Below are positions 53,630 to 64,000 of a stretch of DNA of 64,000 nt, one piece after another; the stretch's first letter is position 1, and the number at the start of each line of letters is the position of its first letter. The stretch comes from Octopus bimaculoides (taxonomy: Eukaryota): NCBI RefSeq assembly GCF_001194135.2, contig NC_068993.1:62255554-62319553 (forward strand), in the 5' to 3' direction. Position numbers and translations under genes: made by a program. A model generated the notes under the pieces. That model worked only from the letters and a program-made list of their open reading frames with translations, was not told the origin of the DNA and ran no database searches.

Positions 53630-54163
53630 GTAATATATATATGTGTTTAAAAATATATATATATTTTTTTTCTGTGTGTGTATAAACATACGCATGGGGT
53701 TTGTTTAGATCATTGTACGCACAATTTTATAAATGTTTATGGAAAGATCTTTCTGTAAAAAGCTAAAAAGTGTAACTAAAAACAAGTAAAAGTGAAAAAG
53801 CACTATGTTGCAACAGCTTCATTCTTGAGTTTGCTTATTTTCAGAATGTCCTCCGGCATTTCGTATACAAACCGTGATTCTACGATTCTGAAGTTCTGAA
53901 GCGAAGCTGACTTTTAGTCATACGCTGGATTCTATTAAACATCTTAAACCCGCAAGCCATGTATAGATGGAACTGAATTTCGATAAAATGTAGTCGTTAC
54001 GTCTCACAACTAATAATAAATCATTAATTATTCTGATGAAATAAGCTAATTACTAATTATAATAAATATAACCCTAAAATAGTTACATCAGGTTTTTATA
54101 TATCAATTGTATGTTGAATAGGATATTGGTTATAAAATTATACACACACATATATATATATGT

Positions 54164-54264
<101 letters not shown>

Positions 54265-54378
54265 TTTGTGTGTATGTATATGCATAGGTACTGACGTACT
54301 TACGTGGTAAGACGCGGTAAGGACGTGGAATAAGTACAGTGTTATAGGGCGCTCAGGAAAGGAAAGAAAAGAAAGAAG

Positions 54379-54413
54379 ATCTCACGTTTCGAGCGGAGCT
54401 CTTCATCAGAAAT
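54379..54413 (-). ncRNA. Minimal type I hammerhead-ribozyme-like motif, with G at the cleavage position (predicted inactive)
   Basis: The minus strand reads attt-CTGATGA-A-GAGC-tcc-GCTC-GAAACGT-G-agat. Confidence 0.55.
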
Positions 54414-54519
54414 ATAGAAAAGAAGGGAAGACGGAGAAAGAAATTCGCCACTGTACTTATTCCACGTCCTTNNNNNNNNNNCAAACACACACACACACAC
54501 ACACATACGTACCTCCCCC

Positions 54520-54670
54520 TACACACACGTATACGACTAGCTTCTTCTAGTTTCCGTCTACGAAATCCCCTCACAAGGCTTTGGTTGGCCCGAGGCTATA
54601 GTAGAAGACACTTGCCCTCGGTGCTATGCGGTGGGACTGAACCCGAAACCGACTGGTTAGAAAGCAAACT
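54520..54670 (-). mobile_element. SINE family B head
   Basis: cagtttccgtctac-like agtttccgtctacgaaatcccctcacaaggctttggttggcccgaggctatagtagaagacacttgcc segment, the reverse complement of the family B head. Confidence 0.85.
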
Positions 54671-55893
54671 TAAAGATGGCTGTCTAATTTCGTAATGCAC
54701 TTCATCAATGTTTAACCTGCTCAAGAGAGTCTGATATTTGTCGCTTTTCTCTCTTCTCTTTTTGTTTGGCCTTTTATTCCTTTATGTTTGTTTTCTGACG
54801 ATAAACAAACTCTACACAAACAGGAATTTCATACAGTTTTTTTTTTATGTACCAATGCCACAGTTATCATTAATTAATTATTTATATCACGCAATATACA
54901 CATTATGGGTTTGTTTTTCCGGTGTTAGCTTTTCGATGTTTATACGCTAGGGATGATCATGGATGAAATGCTTTTGATTGTAAGCCAGCTCGATCAGGGC
55001 TGACTTGAGACAATAACAGCAGTAAAAACAGAAACAGGTCTTCGAGGTCAGCACAACCAAATTCCAGAAACAACTTCCCCGCTTCAAATTCTCTCCAGCA
55101 TCGCTCAATTTCTGTCGGTGAATATTTATGGTTAAAAGCATTTCTCTGCGTTCATTCACGTCCACACTGATGACCGTTTATTTATATACGCATAGGTAAA
55201 TATATGGAGACGATATAAAAAAAAATGAAGCAAACACATCATTATTTGTGTACACATCACGTATTTGGTACCACATGTGTTTATGATCACGTGCATTTAT
55301 GCATGGGCATTCATCTCGTGTGTGTGTTTATATATATATATATATATATATATNNNNNNNNNNNNNNNNNNNNNNNNNNNNNNNNNNNNNNNNNNNNNNN
55401 NNNNNNNNNNNNNNNNNNNNNNNNNNNNNNNNNNNNNNNNNNNNNNNNNNNNNNNNNNNNNNNNNNNNNNNNNNNNNNNNNNNNNNNNNNNNNNNNNNNN
55501 NNNNNNNNNNNNNNNNNNNNNNNNNNNNNNNNNNNNNNNNNNNNNNNNNNNNNNNNNNNNNNNNNNNNNNNNNNNNNNNNNNNNNNNNNNNNNNNNNNNN
55601 NNNNNNNNNNNNNNNNNNNNNNNNNNNNNNNNNNNNNNNNNNNNNNNNNNNNNNNNNNNNNNNNNNNNNNNNNNNNNNNNNNNNNNNNNNNNNNNNNNNN
55701 NNNNNNNNNNNNNNNNNNNNNNNNNNNNNNNNNNNNNNNNNNNNNNNNNNNNNNNNNNNNNNNNNNNNNNNNNNNNNNNNNNNNNNNNNNNNNNNNNNNN
55801 NNNNNNNNNNNNNNNNNNNNNNNNNNNNNNNNNNNNNNNNNNNNNNNNNNNNNNNNNNNNNNNNNNNNNNNNNNNNATATATATATATATATA

Positions 55894-56030
55894 GGGTTTA
55901 GAAAAACTGAAGGACCTCTGCAATAAGTATGTGAATCCGAGAGGGGAATATGTTGAGTAAAATCGTAATCAACTGATCCCCTTGTATTTCCTTTTACCAA
56001 AGGGCAGGAACTTTTCAGTACCCCCTCGTA
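55894..56030 (+). mobile_element. Right end of a second mariner family (transposase C-terminus plus TIR)
   Basis: GLEKLKDLCNKYVNPRGEYVE* resembles a mariner C-terminus. The terminus reverse-complements to TAcgagggggtactgaaaagttcctgcc, a mariner-type TIR with TA. Confidence 0.8.
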
Positions 56031-57370
56031 TGAGTATACTTTGTTGTCGGGTACATAGACAATATGAAGCAATAAAGACAGCAATCTCAGAAATTTGGAG
56101 GAGGGAATTTGTGTCCATGAAAGTTTCACATTGATCGACTTGCCAGTGCTGTCTTCATATATTAATCCATGTAGTTTGAAATTAAATCGTGCTGCCCAAA
56201 TTTATGCTATCTTAAAATAGTAGGATTATTTCGAACACCAAACCTGTTCTAAGCAAGTGCACTGATTCTACAATTGATTCAAATTCTTTAAAGAACACAC
56301 TGTAGTTTCAGTTTGATTTACGATTTGCGATTGCATATTTTATCTTACGCAACCGTTTAGTTCTTTTCTTTTTTTTTGAAAGGTGATTCTCAGAATAGAT
56401 AAAGCTATAAATGACAGCGTGTAAATAGTGGGTTAAGAAGCATTTTGAGTTGACACAGTTTATCTGTTTCGAGATTTACTGTTCCAAATAAGAATTATAA
56501 CTTATATTTTATATTGAAATTAGATATTAATGGGATTATTGTGTTGAAATTGTATTTTTTCTTTTTTTTATTATGAATAGAAATGAGTTTATATCTATGA
56601 TAACACAATCAGATATCAGATTGTGAATCTAGATTTTAGCGGTTGTTGACCATATTTGATAACTATGAGACAGTATTTCGAAAGGAAAGCGAAATAATCC
56701 TGGAGTGGCTTATACAATATCCGTTTCAGTATTGGTCAGACTAGCATGTATTTGTAATGAAACAGTCGAAAAGACAATATTGATGCAATATCTAAGCTCC
56801 ACAGTAAATAATCGTCTGCTAAGGAAAGCCATTTATCCAAAATATTGCGTTTCGAGACGAAAATCAATGCAATTCGTAATCTGTAAATTATTCATTAAAT
56901 TGATGGAAAAAAAACCCCTCTGTCTGTACAGGAAAAAATTTGAAATCGCCAAACATGACAAGGAAATAATTATTTTAATATTTCGCTTAATTATGCGGAT
57001 TTTCAAAACTTACTGTTACGTTGATCATATGGTGCAGAAGAACACAAGGGTTTAGGGAACTTTCATTAAGTGGAAATCTAAGTTTAGTTCTATTTTAGAA
57101 AAAAATAATAACTGCGTCGTTACAATTACAAACCATATTCAATTTTGCACAGCAGGAAGTAAATCCAGTATCACCAACTAACTTGACGGAAGCCAATTCT
57201 TTTGTCAGTGACTATTGATGAATTATAGGACTTATCCACTAAGCGAACCATTTTTTATGTCTCCTCCATCAATAAGGACGAAAATGTAAATGAATATTTT
57301 ATAGGATTTGAAGAAATTGCTTGCATGCTGTTCATTTTAACAGGTATTTATGTTCACTGGTATCTATGCC

Positions 57371-57441
<71 letters not shown>

Positions 57442-58985
57442 CTATATGTAAGGTGTGTTATGAGCATTTATAGGATATAATCCTATACAAACTCAACAAA
57501 AAGTTGAGAATGGAGAAGAGAAGAGGTTAAAAGTTATATAAAATTGTAATCCATGCATCCGATCGTTTCAAATGACTCCCACAAAACAGACTCCACAAAG
57601 CAAAAATGTTCTAATTGAAGTCAAATTTATCACACACACACACACACATACACACACACAAACACACGCATGCACGCACGCACACACACACACATACACA
57701 CACACACACACACACGTCATCGTGTTTGTATGTGTATGTGTGTGTATGCATGCATATTTATGTCCTCATGTTTTAAGTGCATGCGTTTATGTCATATTTT
57801 AAGTACATGTATTTACGTCAACAATTATTGACGTCTGCACGTATTTTCCATGGTGTATGTTTACCTCCATGTACATTTATGTACGCATGTTTATGTACGT
57901 GTATTTAGGTTCATGTATTTACATCCATGTCGATTTTAACTCCGTGTCTTTGTGTATGTTTCGCCCACATGATATTTAATCTTTACCTACGCTTATGTAC
58001 GTGCTCATGTGTATTGATGGCCTCTTGTGTGTAATTAGATGTGTTGACGTAAGTGTATTTATGAAAGAGATTTATAACTTTACTTATGGTCAGGTGCATT
58101 TATGTTCGCGGGCAAAATAACAACCGGAATTGTGGAAAATATATAAAGATTTGGACATGCAACATAACAAACTGCACGGGAAAGTGTATGATGATTGGTT
58201 TTAAGAAAGTATCGAAGCTATATAAATTGCAGAATATTTAGTGTGCTGCTGCTCCTAGCAATTACAATTTATTATAGTTAAAAGCGCGAACGTCTTAACA
58301 TCAGCAACAATTCTATGGTTACAAGGAAGATTTGTGTTGACTTCAATTTAAAGAAAAAACAAACAAAAATGTGAAAATATATAAAATATACTACAGCTAA
58401 GAATGAAATATTGAATTGAAATAAGCTATACAAAGCCGCAAATTTTCTTTTCCGAAATTAGGTAGTTTTTCTCGAAGAGACACTCGTTCTTGGTCAGTTA
58501 CTAGTTATTCAGATATATCAGTAATACTAGACAAAATTGCTTCTGAATCAAATCACTAATCTTGCAACGATGCTCTTTCATACATATATTCCTGGTGACA
58601 ATATTTTGCATTAGTTTCACTGATAATTTCTCAGGTTTTTCTAAGATTTAACCAACCTTTATGGCATGCATCCATTGTGATCTAGCAGTTGCATACGAGC
58701 AAACATAGTATTTAACTGCAGATTATGTAGATTAAAACGTAGGACTATGTAATTAACGATATTTATGTTTTAGTTAAAACAATTTCAGACATAACACAGA
58801 ATCCGTTGCTAACAGGAGAAGCGATAATCATAGTCATAGGTCAAAGCTTCCAAGTAATTTGATTGAACAGAATTACCGCCAAAACAATTACGATCGTATA
58901 TTCTCGTTAAAGGTAAGGGTTTTCTCTAAATTTAATTTCTGTTCTATAAACTCTGTGTCTTGTTCCCTGTAAAATAGATCAGTTG

Positions 58986-59142
58986 CAAAATTTATTGAGA
59001 ATCCTGATCAAATGAGTTTGGATTTGTTATTTCTCCACACATTACTCACTGGTTGCTGTTAAAATTTAACAGCAACCAGTGAGTAATGTGTGGAGAAATA
59101 ACAAATCCAAACTCATTTGATCAGGATTCTCAATAAATTTTG
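58986..59142. repeat. Perfect 157-bp palindrome (78-bp arms, 1-nt spacer)
   Basis: Base-by-base check shows 58986-59063 is the exact reverse complement of 59065-59142. Confidence 0.97.
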
Positions 59143-60417
59143 AGACGTTTCGAAGAAAATTCCCACAGTCCGCAACTTTAATCGGATCCATTCGTTACTT
59201 ACCATTTTGTCTATGGGTTGGTTCTTCAATATGTGAATAATCAGTATCTGTGCTATAAAGATTGAAGGCATTGAGCCAATCAGCCATGAAGAAAGAAAGA
59301 CTCAGTTGTTTTGCCTTGTTAAATATTGCTCAAAATTAATTGGAAGTGAAAGCCATTGAAAGAAAGAGATTATCTGCGTAGATTTTATTCTTCCGGTTAA
59401 ACTAAAGATTTGTAAGATCCTTCCTCGGACTAGCGCTGCTTTTTCATTGTCAGTGTATTTATATTTCAAAGCATAAATGGCCCGTAGCAGCTTTTCCGAA
59501 TTTTCTGAATATATACAAATAATATCCTTTCAAATTTTGCCCAATTAATCTTTGAAGTTAGATATGTACGCACATTGATGCCCACGTGTCCACAAAGACT
59601 TAAGTTGACATTGTTCACGTCTGCGTGTATTGATGTTCACATGTATTGAAGCTCAAATGTATTAATGCTCACTTGTATTTAGGCTTACGTGTATTTGTAA
59701 TATATTTTTCGATTGTATAAGTATTGCTGCAAATATTGTATTACCACCACATTTTCTATTTAATTGTATATGAAGCTACAACGCGAATTATTTACTATTT
59801 GCTGTTGCTGAATCCCACAGCGATTCACCCTGAGCTAAGCTATTATCAAAGTTATTTCAGTTTCAGCCACCTACGTCTTTTTTCATATAGAAGACTACAT
59901 AGTCTAAAGTTTCTCTCTTTTGCAAAGAGAGTAGTGTGTGTCTTGAAGAAGATTTCACTGATAATAACCAGGAGATTTGCTTACTGGCTCGAGTATTGTT
60001 TATTAGTAGCTGTAAGCTCTAAAATATCTGCCAGGGTTGCGTCAACGTAATCACCACTTCATAAGAAATCATAAACTTTCACAGATCTGATGGCAAAAAC
60101 GCCGCTTCTTGACATACTAAATCGTTCAGGACAGTTAAGCTCATCTGACCATTATACTCACGAGGCCAAATAAGTTTGAAAAATATTCTGACATCGTAAG
60201 GATCAAATACAATTCAGCTTATATTTCGTTATTCTATGATCGAATTTGATTTCTATATGGAAAGAAGGAAAATGGCATTGGAAATTGAAGATGTTTGTAC
60301 GCATTTCTTCGAACGTCAGTAGCAAAGGGAACTAAATCCGATATGAATTAAATAATAGGAGATATGTTATTCCGTCCCATATTTGACAGCCTAACACCTC
60401 ATTTTCGACATTGTTAT

Positions 60418-60458
<41 letters not shown>

Positions 60459-61070
60459 ATGTTGATTCCTAATGNNNNNNNNNNNNNNNNNNNNNNNNNN
60501 NNNNNNNNNNNNNNNNNNNNNNNNNNNNNNNNNNNNNNNNNNNNNNNNNNNNNNNNNNNNNNNNNNNNNNNNNNNNNNNNNNNNNNNNNNNNNNNNNNNN
60601 NNNNNNNNNNNNNNNNNNNNNNNNNNNNNNNNNNNNNNNNNNNNNNNNNNNNNNNNNNNNNNNNNNNNNNNNNNNNNNNNNNNNNNNNNNNNNNNNNNNN
60701 NNNNNNNNNNNNNNNNNNNNNNNNNNNNNNNNNNNNNNNNNNNNNNNNNNNNNNNNNNNNNNNNNNNNNNNNNNNNNNNNNNNNNNNNNNNNNNNNNNNN
60801 NNNNNNNNNNNNNNNNNNNNNNNNNNNNNNNNNNNNNNNNNNNNNNNNNNNNNNNNNNNNNNNNNNNNNNNNNNNNNNNNNNNNNNNNNNNNNNNNNNNN
60901 NNNNNNNNNNNNNNNNNNNNNNNNNNNNNNNNNNNNNNNNNNNNNNNNNNNNNNNNNNNNNNNNNNNNNNNNNNNNNNNNNNNNNNNNNNNNNNNNNNNN
61001 NNNNNNNNNNNNNNNNNNNNNNNNNNNNNNNNNNNNNNNNNNNNNNNNNNNNNNNNTTCGACATTGTTAT

Positions 61071-61111
<41 letters not shown>

Positions 61112-61502
61112 ATGTTGATTCCTAATGTTTCTATAACATTTAGTTATTCCCAAGACAATAACGGCTTTTAAATGTATTTCAAGATAATAGCAACATATAT
61201 TTACTTCGAATTCTATGGTAATATATAAAAGAAGAGAAGAAAAAAGACAAAAGATAAATATCAGACGTTATATGGGGACTTACTCTGGGAAAAATACTGT
61301 TTATATTTTTTTATGGAGCCAAGATTAAATCCCTGTATCAGAGGCTCTACTACTATTCAGGTTTTGAATTCATCAACTGGACGTTGAGAATTGATGGCAG
61401 GGCTTCATTCTGAATCTTTTGGGAGTATTTTAATAGCGGATTATATGACATTAAGTGATATAAAATTAAAATATATGTGGAGATGGCGGGGACAATTTTA
61501 GG

Positions 61503-61534
<32 letters not shown>

Positions 61535-61700
61535 CACATGTACATATATTAACATGCATAGATTTATTCCCACATATATACTTATACATATATTTCTCTC
61601 TCTCTCTCTGTGTTTGTCTATCTATCTATCTGTCTGTCTGTCTGTTTGTTTGTTTATCTGTCTGTCTGTGTGTGTCGCTCTCTCTCAATGTATGCATATA

Positions 61701-61768
<68 letters not shown>

Positions 61769-62096
61769 NNNNNNNNNNNNNNNNNNNNNNNNNNNNNNNN
61801 NNNNNNNNNNNNNNNNNNNNNNNNNNNNNNNNNNNNNNNNNNNNNNNNNNNNNNNNNNNNNNNNNNNNNNNNNNNNNNNNNNNNNNNNNNNNNNNNNNNN
61901 NNNNNNNNNNNNNNNNNNNNNNNNNNNNNNNNNNNNNNNNNNNNNNNNNNNNNNNNNNNNNNNNNNNNNNNNNNNNNNNNNNNNNNNNNNNNNNNNNNNN
62001 NNNNNNNNNNNNNNNNNNNNNNNNNNNNNNNNNNNNNNNNNNNNNNNNNNNNNNNNNNNNNNNNNNNNNNNNNNNNNNNNNNNNNNNNNNNNNNNN

Positions 62097-62222
62097 AAAA
62101 GAGAGGCTGATAGAAAAAGTACTAGGCTTACAAAGAATAAGTCCTGGAGTCGATTTGCTCGACTAAAGGCGGTGCTCCAGCATGGCCGCAGTCAAAATGA
62201 CTGAAACGAATAAAAGAATAGA
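62097..62222 (+). mobile_element. SINE family B 3' tail, young
   Basis: agtactaggcttacaaagaataagtcctggagtcgatttgctcgactaaaggcggtgctccagcatggccgcagtc. Confidence 0.9.
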
Positions 62223-63255
62223 AGAATATACATACATACATACATACATACATTTATATCTATATAAACATATATATATACAGCATAAACTCTCAGACCT
62301 GCTACACGCGCGCGCACATGCACTCACAACACACACACACACACGTATAGACGCATCTGTGTAATCGTTTCGTGAGTAAATGATATTCTTCGTCACATTC
62401 CCATTTTGCTGTTTATTTTATTTTATGAAATTGGGTGAGATTTGAATTCAGAATTTGAAGAGATGCAATGAAATACTTCAAAGAATTTTGTTCGACGCTC
62501 TTTCGAATCTGTCAACTCTATTGATCACATTTCCGAGATCGATCAAATAAATACCAATCTTGCAGTCGTATCTATTTAATTAACTATACCGTTATCTGGC
62601 CTTGAGCCAAAGCTAAAAATCCTTATTGTGTACCGTTACCAACGTATACAGTCATGAAACTGTTAGATTTTGTTTCGTTTGTGTGGAGAAAGTCAGTTTG
62701 ATTGATAGTCTGGCTATCACCCGCCTTTGTTATTTCAGAAATTATGTAAGCTACGAAGTTCATATATATTTTATTTTGTCTTTCGATAAATGATTAATTA
62801 CTAAATGAAACAATTTTTTAATTTTCGTTCGCCGATAATTTACATTTTTAGCAAGTTATTGTGATATTAATTACACAAACCGGCTCTATTTAACATGTCA
62901 GGAGTGAGACGACCTCCAGGTTATGAGAAAAATAAAGTGGCTTATACGAAAAACGAAAACAAATGATAGAAATGCAGTCACAAACATTTAGTTACGTAGC
63001 AAAAAATGTTCATATGTTAATAGTCTAGTAGTTAATAGCAATAATATACATTGAAATAGCCCCCGATATATATAGAAAAAGGTTTGTCAATAAGCAAAAT
63101 CTTTTGAGCATCGAAAAATTCTTGGCGACAGTTTGTCCGATGCGTTTCGTTTTTTGTTCACTCCTTATATTACACTGGCTTTAATAATTCTCTAGCACTG
63201 GAGTTATTCATTTCCTCTCCCCCCTCTCTCTCTCCCTCTCTCTCTNNNNNNNNNN

Positions 63256-63302
<47 letters not shown>

Positions 63303-63591
63303 TCTTGCTGTATTTTTCACTGACTCCCTTAATAATTTACACCGCACTGAGACAAGGGGCAGCACTCATAGTGCATTCTTCCTTCTGGAAATGGAAGAGG
63401 ATTGTACGGAAGACTACTAACCTCTTCTCATCTAGTATGCTGGAAAAGGTTAACCAAATAAGCAACAAAACATGGTGGCCTTCGATGGAAGGCTTTTAAA
63501 ATATGTTTGTTTGCATTCGTCAAATTCTTCCATTATGTAGCAGACTAGGAATAAGTCCAATCCAACATAGCTTTTTCACTAGTTATTGCCT

Positions 63592-63662
<71 letters not shown>

Positions 63663-63693
63663 TAATAATGATAATAATAATAATAATAATAAC

Positions 63694-63733
<40 letters not shown>

Positions 63734-63763
63734 TTAATAATAATAATAATAATGATAATAATG

Positions 63764-63813
<50 letters not shown>

Positions 63814-63828
63814 TATAATAATAATAAT
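63592..63828. repeat. Long interrupted (AAT)n tract, about 240 bp
   Basis: Direct reading; it explains the poly-I/poly-N ORFs. Confidence 0.95.
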
Positions 63829-63944
63829 TGCCCTGATGCAGTACCAGGCAGTGGCTCTCATAGCTTCGGACCTTAACTGACTGTAAGTGTTATCATGTAC
63901 TGCTCTCTCGCTCAATAATAATAAGTACGCAACAGGTTTGTTAC

Positions 63945-64000
63945 ATCTGTTTACGTTCAAATTCTGCCTTTCATCCTTTTGAAAGTTGACAAAATAAGTA
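63945..64000 (+). mobile_element. SINE family A fragment at the window edge
   Basis: ttacgttcaaattctgcctttcatccttttgaaagttgacaaaataagta, an internally deleted family A sequence. Confidence 0.55.

Noticed and set aside
56705-57055. 116-aa ORF MAYTISVSV...
   Set aside because: It starts at GTG, its composition fits AT-rich non-coding DNA, and it has no motif.

Overview
AT-rich eukaryotic genomic DNA, with roughly 6.5 kb of N gaps mostly flanked by (TA)n/(CA)n tracts. The interspersed repeats resemble those I associate with octopus genomes; this is pattern recognition, not a database result. Nearly all ORFs in the supplied track are microsatellite or gap artefacts, and I find no intact gene, rRNA, bona fide tRNA or CRISPR array. 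Supportable content: many copies of at least three tRNA-derived SINE-like families; decayed transposons (a D34D mariner transposase, the right end of a second mariner, a Tc1/pogo-like MITE, two Penelope-like RT pieces, one R4/Dong-like RT piece); many microsatellites; three long inverted repeats; minimal hammerhead-ribozyme-like motifs; and a candidate minus-strand spliced gene start (about 21.3-19.8 kb) encoding a signal-peptide-like N-terminus. Two assembly artefacts are visible: an Illumina adapter at 45089-45105 and a duplicated false gap at 60.4-61.1 kb.
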